A model generated the notes under the pieces. The model made no database searches. It was given only the letters and a program-made list of their open reading frames with translations, and had not been told where the DNA came from. Both the position numbers and the translations under genes were made by a program. This document shows positions 37,155 to 49,988 of a stretch of DNA of 64,000 nucleotides, piece by piece. Positions within the stretch are counted from its first letter, which is position 1; the number at the start of each line of letters is the position of its first letter. Origin of the DNA: Podarcis filfolensis (taxonomy: Eukaryota); assembly GCA_964270895.1 (NCBI GenBank), contig OZ185436.1. The stretch is one strand, 5' to 3'.

Positions 37155-39084
37155 GCAGGGAACCTTTAATATTTATTCATTTTTAAAAATCAAACTCTAA
37201 CTTTTTTATTTTCTGCCATAATTGAATACAAATTTCAGCCTTGGCCCTCCATTCTGAGAGGTTGAAGCCTATTAAATTTCAGAAAGATAGGTGTAGTGAT
37301 TCTCTTGCAAGTGCAGACTTTACCATTTTGGTGTGGCAAAATAGAAATCCACTTTCCTCTTCTAGTTTCTGGGGGACAGTCCCGAAAAAAAGGGGGAAAC
37401 TGAGGCAACATGGTTAATCAGAAAGCTAAGCACCTTACTGATCCTCCTCAACAAGCCTTGTCAATGGCATGACTCAACTTGGTAACATAAATTACTACCC
37501 TGGATCACCCAGATTCGCCTCATTATTTTGGGGTACACATAGAACCAAGGCACATCCCTACCAGATTTAGTTCCATTTTTGTTTTAGTTCCAGATTCTTT
37601 CCTTGCTAAAGGCATACCCTTAGATTTGACAGGAAGGCCAGCTACAACAAAAAGTTAACATTTCTGGGTAAGGAATATTCAAACATTTCCTGCCGTTCTA
37701 TTCGCACAGCCAATTTATTTTATCCTGCAGCAGCTCAAGTATGCACAGCAGGGAGGTCAGATAATAATTCAAAAGCACAGATTTTTACATTGTCTTTTGT
37801 CACAGATGTATTAGCAGTTGGTCTCTTAAATTCTATTTACATGGTTTTTCTCTTTGCTACCGGAGTGCTCTTCCCATAGTATGCAGTGCCCCAGCAAACA
37901 TTTTGTCCTTTCATTTGTTCTTTGATGAGTGATCTCAGAAACTACCATAATCACTCAGTTTTCCTAATCAGCATTTGCAGTTTTGGTGAAGCAAAATCGA
38001 AGCAGATATAATTCCACAACTGGAGGACTAATGTGCAAATGCAAACTGCAGTGGGGCAATACAACCAAAATTATGCATGGTTAAATCTCATTGATTTCAA
38101 TGGGAGAGTTAAGCACATACTTAAGAACATCATCCTATTCATACAGAACTCTGTGGGACTTAACTTCCTCTGAGCTACCACAAACAGTTTTGGGATGTAA
38201 ATCTTTCCAACTGCAGAGACAGTGAGACCTAAAAATGCTTAAGTTTCACTAGACTGAAAATAGATTTAGTGAATTTGTCAATGAAAGGATGAAATGCAAA
38301 TGGTCATTTCACCATTACAGAAATGTAAAAAGGGAAATTACCCCCAAGGTGTCATTACATGAGCTTACATGAAGACAAAACTGGTTTCAAATACTGTTAA
38401 TACCATGCATTCACCAGCATAGACAGTGTTTCATCTTTGTTTAATGTGTCTCCCAACATTCCCCCAGACCCAGAGCTGGCCCACCCATGACGAGGGCTGA
38501 GACAGCTGCCTCAGGCGGTGGAAATGGAAGAGGTGGCGCCCCCCACAAGTGCCCTGCCTGCTCCAGTGCCACCACAGAAGTAACCCAAGTAAAGGAGGCT
38601 TTGGTGGCAGCAGAGTGGTTCTGCTGTCCAGTTTTGCTGCCAAACTCCTTTTCAGAAGCTCCACCCACCCAGCAGGCTGGTGAGGCTTGGTGAGGCCTTC
38701 TTGAGGAGATGCCCTTGTGGAGCTTGCCACCCTGCTGTGCTTGGCCACCCGCTTTTGCCTCCGACACCAAAATGTCTTGAGCTGCCTCTGCCCATTACAT
38801 TTTTACTCTCCAAAATGCAGGAAAGATGGTACCCTAAAAATCCAGTCCCATCTTGAATTAAACTAAAAGTTTAGAAATATTATAATACCTTCCTGTTCCC
38901 AGTTACGATATCAGCCATTGCCTTGCCTTTTGCATCTGGTAACTCCTTCTGCAGTAAAGAACTTGGTATGGGACTGTTAATATTGTCTCTAGTTAAATTT
39001 AATGCAGTCAATCCATCCATATAATGTTGAAAGGAATGTACGTTGTGTACCAAAAGGTCAAATATCCAGCTCTAAATCAAAGCA

Positions 39085-39315
39085 AAATTGGCTCCTGTCT
39101 TGGGAGAGAATGGAGGAGTGTATCTTTGGGGGTGAGGTCAAGCTGAGGACAGACATGTTTTGTTGCAGCTAGGGCAGGTGAAGTCATCTGGTTGTGCTGC
39201 TGCAGATGCATGCACCATGGCATTTCTTCTCTCTGTGCTTCTCCCAGCATTCATTTCTCCTCTGGTCACTGCTGTGGGTACATGACTTGACTGCCTGAGT
39301 ATATCAAATGAGCCC
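39085..39315 (-). mobile_element. RTE-clade LINE 3' remnant
   Basis: Minus ORF ...AAAQPDDFTCPSCNKTCLS (C-terminal CxxC) then cactcctccattctctcccaagacagg end. Confidence 0.6.
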
Positions 39316-40480
39316 AGGAACACTCACCTAGACTACTCCCCCTTCTTGTATGGAGGCATGCCCTGGCATTTCATAAATCTTTTTGTATTCAAGCAGGACA
39401 TGAAACAAAATTGGAGGGGGATTCATGTGTCTCTTTATAAAACCAAATGGCTAAATTGCAGCTGCTACATTTGTTTATTGATTGCCCAGATATGCTCTTA
39501 CATTTCCCAAACATTAGTCGTGGTTATTGAAATCTACTCAGTTTTATCCTTCTTAGTTATCACTTTTGGTCTCCTAGGAAAATGCTGGATCAGTGTGGAA
39601 TCTGGAGTTTGAGAATAGGGTGTGAAATGGAAAAATGAGAGAAAGTCTCCTTTAATATCTTGTCAGTTTCTCAACAGATACAATGGGTTTTAGAGAAAAC
39701 TTGTGAGCTGCCAGCAGCATGGACGTCCTCTCCTGTCTTGGATTCTGTAATCCTGATACTCTCGCACAGACGTTTTGGGTTTTAGTCTTTGATAAATCCA
39801 AACAACCCATCTGCTGATATCCATTTATGCCAAAGGATGGGTGCAGTCAAGCAGACAGGCAATCTTCGTTTTATATTTTAACATGCCAGTTGGGGGGAAA
39901 ATACAGTAGAGGGCAGTGTGTTGTCAGGTTTCAGTGTAAAATCCACAGAATTATGTTGCCTGAATGGGAACCGGGCCATTCTAGTGCCTGAAGAACTAAA
40001 TAACGGAAAATTAAAAGTACTTCCGACAAATGTGAAGGTTTCTGAGGTTTTCTCAAAAAAAAGAGACAATCTTTTTTATGCGGTAATGATTTGACTGCTT
40101 TAATTTTTATAGTAATAGGAAACTGCTAGCATCAGTATCTTTTCCGATTATGTATGGTTCTCAACAGCAGCCTCATTAAGGGGGGAATCATGAACTACAG
40201 ATGGCAATAATGCAGGCTGGCTACCCATCATAATGTAACGTTTTATCACTGACTGAATGTGGGGTTTTGGAATTGGAAGGATCCCGGAGCCCTTCATAAA
40301 GCAGCTGCCCTCAGCACCTTGCAACGCTCTGCCTGCGGCAAGACAGGAAGGAGGCAGCTGGGGAAGAAATGGATAGCCACGAGATGGGAGAGAAGAGCAG
40401 GGTGGAAGTGGGGCAAAGGGTGCTGAGACAAATCCTTACTCACCCTTGAATTATTATATCTGCCCTTGCCTTAACTTGTT

Positions 40481-40663
40481 GGGGAAGGGCCATAGCTCAG
40501 TCGTTGAGCACCTGCTGTATGTAGAAGGCCTCTGGTTCAATCCCTAGCATTTCCAGGTAGGGCGGAGAGAGACCATGGTCTGAATGCGTGGAGAGCTGCT
40601 GCCAGTCCATGCAGACAATGAGATGGGCCAGTGTTCTGACCCAGTAGAAGCCAGCTTCCTGTA
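40481..40663 (+). mobile_element. Squam2-like tRNA SINE
   Basis: gggccatagctcag...ggttcaatccc tRNA head plus gagagctgctgccagtc body; degenerate relatives near 19636-19780, 30140-30300, 33830-33975 and 51175-51325. Confidence 0.7.
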
Positions 40664-40723
40664 TTTATTTCTTGTGCCTGTCTATACATCTAAGGATGTA
40701 TAAGGCGGTCAAAGGCAGTCAAA

Positions 40724-40775
40724 GCAACAAAGAGTCTTGGGCCATCTTAAGGACTCACAGGCTTTATTGTGGCAT
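40724..40775 (-). mobile_element. Short Penelope-like 3' terminal remnant
   Basis: Minus atgccacaataaagcctgtgagtccttaagatggcccaagactctttgtt resembles the 3' ends at 34.6 kb; hammerhead portion absent. Confidence 0.45.
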
Positions 40776-40967
40776 TCTGGAAGTCTTTGGGTAGGGTGGA
40801 TGTGTGAGAAAGGGTGTGTGCATTTATAGATGTGTTTGTATAAATGCATGCGTGTGTATAGGACACAGAGAGAAGTGGTTGCACCCACTTTTTTGTCCGG
40901 TCACATCCACCATGGCACAAAATCCCCAGAAGGATGGCTGCAAGCTGTACATTTCTGAGCACAATTC

Positions 40968-41355
40968 AAAGGGTTGGTGCTGACCTTTCAAGCCCTAAAC
41001 GACCTCCGTCCAGTATACCCAAAGGAGCGTCTCCACCCCCATCGTTCTGCCCAGACACTGAGGTCCTGCTCTGAGGGCCTTCTGGCGGTTCCCTCACTGC
41101 GAGAAGTGAGGTTACAGGGAACCAGGCAGAGGGCCTTCTCGGTAGTGGTGCCCACCCTGTGGAACACCCTCCCAGCAGATGTCAAGGAAATAAACAACTA
41201 TCTGACTTTTAGAAGACATCTGAAGGCAGCCCTGTTTAGGGAAGTTTTTAATGACTGATGTTTTATCGTGTTTTTAATATTCTGTTGGGAACTGCCCAGA
41301 GTGGCTGAGGAAACCCAGCAAGATGGGCGGGGTATAAATAATAATAATAATAATT
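40968..41355 (+). mobile_element. L2 LINE 3' end
   Basis: ORF2 C-terminus ...RQRAFSVVVPTLWNTLPADVKEINNYLTFRRHLKAALFREVF; (TAA)n tail; tail-only copies at 7639-7724 and 26328-26478. Confidence 0.88.
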
Positions 41356-41419
41356 ACCGTTGAGGTGAAAAAGATTCCCCTTCCCTGAGGTAGACAGCTT
41401 CCCCCTTACGTCCCCCCTC

Positions 41420-41471
41420 ACATCATCAGCAACAGGGAGACTGGAGCAACTGTCCCTGTTGCTGATGATGT
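41420..41471. other. Perfect 19-bp inverted repeat with 14-nt loop
   Basis: acatcatcagcaacaggga-gactggagcaactg-tccctgttgctgatgatgt. Confidence 0.85.
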
Positions 41472-41975
41472 AAACATGGCCACCATTATGTTTTAAGACA
41501 AAGGTATGAATGATTATGCCACCCTTCTGAAGCTTATTGTCAGCAACTGTGCCATTTTCTTCCAGCACACAGATAACTGAGTTGGAACGAGGAGAGTCTG
41601 CACAGTGGTGAAGGTACATATTGATTCCATTTCCCCCAGGTTCATCACTGAGCTTAATTGCAGTGATGACAAACCTTTATGGGAGTTCCTGGAAAAAACG
41701 TGTCTCCTGCGATTATCATTAGCCTACAGTGCAACATGTCTTTGTTCTTTGCTAATCCTTGGGTTGTTCAGGGAGAAGTAGAAAATGCATGTGCACCCTA
41801 TCTGCAGGCAGAATCTACGAACATTCTTGTATTCATAGGTTTAAGGAAGATGGAATAAAATGGGGGATGTCAAAAGAAGCTCTTACCGCTTCCAGGCTCA
41901 GAGGCTTCCCTTTCTTCCTCTCCAACCCCCCCCCCCCATGCTAGAAATAGACCTACTTTCAGCAGTTTAGCCCTT

Positions 41976-42220
41976 GAGAGCCAGTGTGGTGTTGTGGTTG
42001 AGAGCGGTAGACTCATAAACTGGGGAACCGGGTTTGTGTCTCAGCTGCTCCACATGCAGCTGCTAGGTGACCTTGGGCTAGTCACACTTCTCTGAAGTCT
42101 CTCAGCCCCACTCACCTCACAGAGTGTTTGTTGTGGGGGAGGAAGGGAAAAGGAGATTGTTAGCCACTTTGAGACTTCTTCGGGTAGTGATAAAGTGGGA
42201 TATCAAATCCAAACTCTTCT
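41976..42220 (+). mobile_element. Squam3-like SINE
   Basis: Same family as 28445-28698, full length. Confidence 0.88.
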
Positions 42221-44079
42221 CACAGAATTGCAATTCTTGGCTACTCTTAACAGACTGCAGTGCCCATAATTCTTTGAGGGAAAGAATGCACTTAGAATAT
42301 GCTTTAGAGGTATAGTGTCTACACAGCCCTAGGCTAGCTGGACTCCAGCCTGGTTATCATAGCATTCCCCCCCCCACCACATGGCAAACTTGATGGTCAC
42401 ATCCACACCATGCATTTAAAGCACATGACTTCCCCCAAAGAATCCTGAGAAGTGTAGTTTACCTGTCACAGAGCTACAATTCCCAGCATTCTTAAACTAC
42501 AGTTAGCAGGATTCTTTGGAGGAAGAAGATGTATACTTGATGGAAGATAATAGCAAAGATTGGTTAGTTGTTTCTTTGGACCCCAACGTAGAAAAGCACT
42601 TAAGCAGACATACAGCCCAACCCTATGCACATTTACTCAGAAATAAGTCCTACTGAATTCAGCGGGGCTGTCAAGTTAAGGCTTCAAACCTAGGCACATT
42701 GAAGTGTTTATATTCCCATTTTAGGCGATTATAGCTGCACACATTCAGCTGTGACTGGCTTCCTCATGCATACCTTTTGCAACAGGAAAGCAAGTACAAC
42801 AGAAACAATTTTGTTGATTCATACCAGCAGTGAAGAGACTGCTTCTGTTCCATTCACACCTCAGCGTTCCTTTATAATTTTACTAATGTAGCTAGCTACT
42901 CCTGGGTTTTGCTCTGATGTTTCCCCGCTTCTCATCTGACTGGAGAGTTAATTTAGACCACCTCATAATCCTTTGCTTGGAATGTTCCCATCTTGCTTTA
43001 TACCTTGTAAGGAAGCAATTGCGGGGGGGGGGGGCACTCTCTCTAGGCAGAAAAGGGCTGGAGGTGGGGAGAAGGAAGATGGTTATCCAGCTGCCTTCTA
43101 CACTGCAAGGTATGTTGTTTTCATTTAGGAGCGAGTGTAATTGGTGCTCAGCGTTCCTTCATTAGCTACATTTCAACTGGAGCATAATTGCTACTGAGGA
43201 AGTGTGAGCGCTGCAGGGGCAGGGGCAATCCCAGTGGTTAATTACATTGTTTGAAACAGGAGTAAAGTTTTTGTGCAGAAGGAGCCTGTAAAAGAGAGAG
43301 ACAACCCAACAGGAAGTTTCTGCCTTTCTCTGGCTCTCAGCTTCACGCCGGAGCTTTGGCTCAACTATGGGAACTCTGATGCTTTAAAAATATCACCTGC
43401 TTTCCCCACAAATGCTGCCTTGCCCTAGATTTTTGGCCGTCCTGAAATTAGTTCTTGGCGTCCAATTCTGAACATGCTTCCGTGGAAATAGATCCCACTG
43501 AAATAAATGAGACAGAGCAGCCACGTAACATGGTGAGGACTGAGCTATCATCAGTGTTCACATTCCTCCAGTTCATTATTTTCACAAAATCTTTGTGAGG
43601 TGGGCCACTCTTAATCCCATTGGGCAGATAAGGAACAACAGGGAGATAGAGATTTGGGGTTTTAAGTGTGTATGACACAGTGCTATGTAAGGAGCTGCTT
43701 TGTTATAGAGCTCTGAGGTGGGACTGCAGAATATAAAGCGTTGAACTGTATTGCACAATTTCAACTATATTGTATTGCTCTTTAAAAAAAGATTGTTGTA
43801 ACTTGCCCTGAAATAGATTTTGATGAATGGTGGTATATAAATATGATAAATAAATAAAATCTAGCAGCTGACTATAGTGCAAGGCTATAGTGGGTGGAAC
43901 ATACTTCTGCCATTGGGAAAATAATTGGGACTAGATGATCATTTTGTTCCTTCTTGTTCTGGCAAACTGGAACCCTGTTACATGGTTTGATTAACTGACT
44001 ATATTTAAAACATACTGATTTTAAACTAGTTCTGTTCATATTGTGTCTCAGCTAGTGCTGGGCTGAAAAAAATTCCTGC

Positions 44080-44321
44080 TTCTGGATTTGGATTTGATAT
44101 CCCGCTTTATCACTACCCGAAGGAGTCTCAAAGCAGCTAACAATCTCCTTTCGCTTCCTCCCCCACAACAAACACTCTGTGAGGTGAGTGGGGCTGAGAG
44201 ACTTCGAAGAAGTGTGACTGGCCCAAGGTCACCTAGCAGCTGCATGTGGAGGAGCGGGGAAGCGAACTCGGTTCACCAGATTACGTGTCCACCGCTCTTA
44301 ACCACTATACCACACTGGCTC
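44080..44321 (-). mobile_element. Squam3-like SINE
   Basis: Same family, full length. Confidence 0.88.
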
Positions 44322-45787
44322 ACACTGTACCCCACCCCACTCTCCAACAAATTTATGAGAAAAGAAACTACTGTACATTGAAAATTTTTCAAAAGAGAGA
44401 GAAAGTTTGTAAGAAATTCTCATGTCCTGGGGCTTTGTTGCACTTAATGGCCAAGTGGACTTTGAGAGTATCCTTTATTTCACTCTGTAAATCATCTCTC
44501 TGGTGCTCTGCATTCTGCAGCCTACCTGGGAGCCCACATTTCCTGAAAACTTCATGACACCCTCACCTGGGCTTTCCAGCATTATCTTTTAATATTATTT
44601 ATTAAATTTGTATACCGCCCTTCATCCATAGATCCCAGAGTGGTTCACAGCATAAAAAATGCAAGATAAAAACACGAAACACACAATGAAAACCAAACCA
44701 AAACAAACCAATAACCCCACTCCCCACATCTGCTCCCACAAATACATCCCAAAAGGCATAGGATGTTAATCAGTAGGCATGAGAATGCAGGAAGGCACAC
44801 CTGGCACCTGTTTGTTGTTGTTGTTTGTTAAAGTGAATGGTGTTTTAAAAAAGAAGTTGGTGTGACATGATTATTTATTCATTTTTAAAGGTAAAATAAA
44901 GAACTTCACTTAAAAACAATATCAGTGTTCTCTAGGGACGCCAAAGAACACCACCGGAAACAGAAGTGGAACTTGCCAGACATTTGCTTATTTGCCCCAT
45001 GTCTGGAATGGAAATCAATCCAGTGAAAGTGATTGGTATTCAGTGTTGTTGTTCTCAAACAATATGTGATTGATGACTTCCCCCCCCCCGCCCTACATTT
45101 GCATTGTGTTTCTTTTGCATTGAAATGAACGGTGTGGAATAACACAATCATCATGTAGTTGGTTACGTAAAATTTCACCACAGCAGACAGCAAGACAAAT
45201 AGCATTTGTAAGAAGTCAAACTGCAGCGGAACTGGAATGGCGCTGCATGCGACAAACATGGGTCAGAATGGAAAGCAATGCCTTCTTACATACTGAATTA
45301 TCTATCCAAGGTCAGTGCTCAGTAGCCAACCTCCCCAGCTTCAACTAAAGCTCAGGGGGAGTTGTCATATTTCTTAGATCCAGAACCGCAGGCAACCTTG
45401 GAAGGCCACAGAGCACTGGAGAAATAGTTAATGGTCAGAAAAGGCCATTTCACAATGATATGATAAGCCCAGCCCTACACCCACCCAAACTCTAAAGTGC
45501 TCCGAGAAAGAGGGAGAGAAATGGAAGCCTCTTTCAATGGGGAATAAAAATTATAAGAAACTGGAAGACATGTTAAAGCACAGTTCTCATTTCAACAAGT
45601 TCATTGCACTCCACCAGCTGTGAATTGAGGCCTGGTAAGCACTTGAAAAGCCGTCGTTTTGGAAACTTGGACAAGCATAGTAACGAAGATTATCCAACCC
45701 TTGGTGAGCCACCTTACATGTTTGTTGGGCAGTGCTAGGTTGAGGAGATAACACACTGAATAGGCTGCTTGAAAAGTTGAATTAAAT

Positions 45788-46084
45788 CATGGGTCGGCAA
45801 CCTAAGGCCCATGGGCCACAAGTTTAACCAGCCCACGAGCTGTCCCCGAACCAAGCCGCCCGCCCGCCAAGTCACCGCACACTGTGCTAAACCAGTGCAG
45901 CGCAGCATGGGGACTCGCTTCCGCAGTGCTGGAAATCACACCTGTGCAGACACAGACACCAGAAATCAAGTCTGTGCGGACGCAGACACCGGAAATTGCA
46001 CGTGCACACACGTGTGATCTGGCCCACAGAGAGATCTCCACTGGAGTGAACCAGCCAAGGCGAGGTAAACCTTGCTGACCCCTG
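45788..46084. mobile_element. hAT MITE
   Basis: Ends catgggtcggcaa / ttgctgacccctg; 8-bp TSD aattaaat at 45780-45787 and 46085-46092. Confidence 0.9.
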
Positions 46085-46796
46085 AATTAAATTTTCAGTT
46101 CCGGGTTTTATTTCTAGCCAAAACTGGGTGCTCTGCAAAGATCCTGGCTTTTGTGCGAGATGTTTAGTTTGAGTGGTTCTCAGAAAATGGTATGTAGAGG
46201 GAAAAGAGGGGAGAAGACAATTTCAAGTAAGTGATGAATTTGTCCTAGTAATGGTGACAGAGCTAGTTGGATGGCATTATTTAGCTGAATGGTTTGGGTC
46301 TCTGTTCCATGCCTGTATGCTCCGACAAAGTTCAAAACGACCTTTAAAAAAATCTATTCTAAAGATTATCTTGACTTCAGAAAAGGTCTGACTTTAGCAG
46401 TTTAAATTTAATTTTGCTCTTGAGGGAGATGGCTGCAAGGGGGAGCAGGGGGAGCGCTGAAGATGCTCACAGTAAACTAATGGCAGAGAAAATGTCATTT
46501 AAAAAAAGCAAGTAGAAAAAAGCATGTGTCAGTTACAGAAAAGTAATTAATGATTTCCTTCCTCTCTAGCTCTCCCTGGTTTGATATTCAAACTCATGAC
46601 TTTTGTGATGACTGACAGCCCTGCTGCTTATGTTAATTTAAAATTATTAATCTAATGAAAAGGAATATGTAGGCAAAGGTGTGAAGATTCAACAGCGAAC
46701 AAGTGCAGACTTAAGCCACGTGAATGGTGTCTGTTACTTTTGAATATACTACAACTTCGGTTAATCCTATCTGCACAGAGAAGAGGGCAAAGGCTT

Positions 46797-47106
46797 GGGC
46801 CACATTGACACCATACATTTAAAGCACTGTGATACTATTTTAAGCAGTTATGGCTTCCCCCAAAGAATTATGGGAGGTGTCATTTAAGAGAGTAGTTAGG
46901 AGACCCCTATTTCCCTCACAGAGCTACAATTCTCAGAGTGGTTTAACAATCAATTCCTCATCACAGGGAACTCTGTAAGGGGATTAGGGATTTCCTAACA
47001 ACTTTAGCACCCTTAGCAAATTGCAGCTCCCAAATTCTTTAGGGGAAGCCATGGCTGTTTAAAGAGGTATAACAGTGCTTGTGAATGTATGGTGTGGACA
47101 TGGCCT
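46797..47106. mobile_element. MITE with long imperfect TIRs (possibly PIF/Harbinger)
   Basis: ggccacattgacaccatacatttaaagcactg ... cagtgcttgtgaatgtatggtgtggacatggcc; partial relative at about 42390-42520. Confidence 0.6.
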
Positions 47107-47719
47107 TGTTTTCTGTTCCCTCAGCAGGCAGGAGGACCTCATGAGATGGACTCAAATTAAAGGAGGGCAGATTTTGGCTGATCATTAGGGGAAGGTTATT
47201 GAGGGTAAGAATAATGACTGTATAACCAATTACTTGGGTGGAAGGCTCTTCCTTGCTGGAAGTCTTCAAGAGGCAGCTTCAGACAGAAGGGATACCCTAG
47301 CATTTGATTTCCTGTGCTAAATAGGAGGTTGACTAGATTTATAATTTATAATTATTTTTTTTGGAGGGGGGACACTGATTTCTAGGACCAGTTACAAGAA
47401 TCTAATGATAATAATAATTTAATGATAATTTTTCCCGACCTAAAAAGTTATCGGCTATATCTATCACAACCATTATGCAGGAAAGATTCAGTGCTTGCAT
47501 TCCCTCCCAATGCCCCATAGCACTTCACCACATTTCCCCTTTAGATTTCACTCAGCGGCATCTCAAATGAAGCACATAAAAGGGTTGAAGGTGAATCCAT
47601 TCATTTTCTGTTTTTCCTTTTGAAAAGCTGGCATAGCAACTTCAGAAATAAGGATGGATCGAAGCTGTGAAGCACCACCTTAACCAGTCCAATATCATTT
47701 TCCCTGATGTCATATGTTG

Positions 47720-48096
47720 GGGCTGGAGAACCTCAGGCCAAGGGCCAAATGTGGCTTCCATGCCTTTCTACCTGGCCCTTGTGACTCTCTCTAGGCCACA
47801 CCCCTTCCCAAGCCACACCCTCTCTTCCTAGGCCACACCCCTCATAGGCTTTGTTTCATACCTTCCTTAAGTGTTTTTGCTGGGCTGGAATGTGTACTTG
47901 AATTCTAATTCAAGGATGGAGGCTAGAGAAGGGTGTGCGAGTATGTGCAGAAACTAGCCTACTGTAGAAAAGTAAAATTTAAATTTGTTATTCTGACCAC
48001 TTTTGTGTCTGGCCCCGCCCACCACTGGCATGAGACCCCTGAGATTTTTTTCCGGAAGGAAATGCAGCCCTCAGACCGAAAACAATTTCCCATCCC
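47720..48096. mobile_element. Old hAT-like MITE
   Basis: ggggctggagaacct...ggccaaatgtggc start and ...tttcccatccctg end; no clean TSD. Confidence 0.45.
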
Positions 48097-48194
48097 TGTC
48101 ATATACCTCATCTATACTAATCAAACTACAAAGCCCATTTTCAGTTTTACCTCAGCCACGCAAACCCACTAAGTGTCCTTAGGAAATGACCACT

Positions 48195-49050
48195 TAAATG
48201 GGGGGCGCTTTTTGCGTGGTCGCGCACAGCCCCCTGAGCCTACACAATCCCTGGGAAGTCAGACTGGCTTCGCCTCCCCAAGCTGGATACCTGGAGGTTC
48301 CCGCCTTACCTCAGACTGTTAACCAATCCCAGCTGGGGAGTTGTTGCCTGGGGAGTTGACTAGGTAGGGTTAGGACCGCCCTGCACACACAATAGAGGGT
48401 GGAACTTACCTGGGAGTCCTCAGTTGGCTCCAGAGCTTCTCCCACCCTGCCCTCCCTCAGTTTATGCTTTCCTTTTGCAGGTTAACCTCTTATTTACAGG
48501 TATGCGGGCACTGCTGCGGTCATTGATGGTTGCTGTTGAAGGACCGGGAAGGAATTTCCCTGCATTGGCAGCTTTTGCCTTCCCCGTAGCAAAACGTCAC
48601 AACTTTGGCGGTTTCAGGCCTTGGGTGGAATCCTTTAGTCTATCTTCCCTAAATGGGGGGGGGGGATGAAGCAGTGATCCACGCCCCCCCCCCCCCGCGG
48701 AGGCGATCCCAGGGTTCCCCTTTAAAGGGGTTGTGTTGAGGGGAGTCACTGGCCATACACCGTTAGGTTGTCAGTGCTCTCCCCTTTGTGGTGAAAGGGG
48801 GGGGTGGGCTCTCTGCTTAAACATACGTTTTCCAGAGCCAGCCCAATCCCCACACAGTATGGATAACCCTGATGTTCCCCAGATCCCCAGTTGGGGACTG
48901 GGAGGGATAAACGCCCAAGCCAAGGTCTCCCTAAATCTGAAAGTTTAATAAAGTTGTGGCCAATTTTAATCCCATAACACGTTGTCATGAGTCATTATTC
49001 CTCCTGGGGGGGTCACCTGGGGTTGGGGGGGGGTCTCCACCTGGCCATGC
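48195..49050 (+). mobile_element. Unclassified CpG-retaining retroelement remnant (LTR- or DIRS-like)
   Basis: Abrupt GC/CpG-rich block; AATAAA at about 48947 followed by ...cataaca; no TSD found. Confidence 0.45.
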
Positions 49051-49853
49051 AAACAGCTCTTCTCAGTCTCAACACCCGCTCCTGCAATATGGATAATGTT
49101 GCGGAACATTTCTAAGAACTACTGAGGTAATATATGTGAGGCACTTTGGAACACTTGAAGTGCGCCCTATAAATCCTAAGTGTTGTTATTATTATTATTT
49201 AATTATTTACATTCCTAACCTTTGCCAAATCAATGCCAGCTTCTGAAAATACAGCTGGTAATTGCCGCACGTTTTCAACAGAAACCCTCATCTCCATTTG
49301 TAATGAGCAGAGGTAGCCACGCTGAAGCAATTCAAGACAGCACAGTAGAAGAACATAAGCAGCTAGAAGCAGTTCAGAGGAAAAGACCTTTTTACTGCCA
49401 AGATAGGGAAAGCACATACCCTGCAGCTTCAAAAAGCAAGGAGCTATTACCTTGTTGTCCTTTGGAAAGGCACAGCAAAAATAGAACATAATCGGCAATG
49501 CTTTCAGGTGGGCTGGAAAGTAATTCAGTGTATCCTAACAGGAGAGCTTTTTGTTCAGGTGCCCTCCGCTCTCCCCCAGTATAATATAAACTGTGAGGCA
49601 TGCACAGAAAACCTCAGGTTCAAGGACTGAGTGTGGCCCTCCAGGTTTCCCTATCTGGCCCTTTGGCCACTCTTCAGGTCACACTGCCTCTCCAGCCACA
49701 GCCTCATTTCACATAATTGGCACAGGGGGCTGCCAGTTTACTATGAGCAAGAGTGAGGCGATTGCCTTAGAAAGCAGATGTTAGGAGGCAATGGTAGCAA
49801 GCTTTTCTCCTGAGCCCCCAGGGCGGAGCTGGGGTTCCCTTGGTTCTCCAGGC

Positions 49854-49988
49854 CAGGCATCCTCAAATTCGGCCCTCCAGGTGTTTTGAAACTACCTTTC
49901 CCATCATCCCTGACCACTGGTCCTGCTAGCTAGGGATCATGAGAGTTGTAGGCCAAAACATCTGGAGGGCCGAGTTTGAGGAAGCCTG
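49854..49988. mobile_element. Short hAT MITE (135 bp)
   Basis: TIRs caggcatcctcaaa / tttgaggaagcctg; 8-bp TSD ctccaggc; degenerate relatives near 10155-10290, 50070-50170, 56345-56670 and 61420-62040. Confidence 0.9.
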
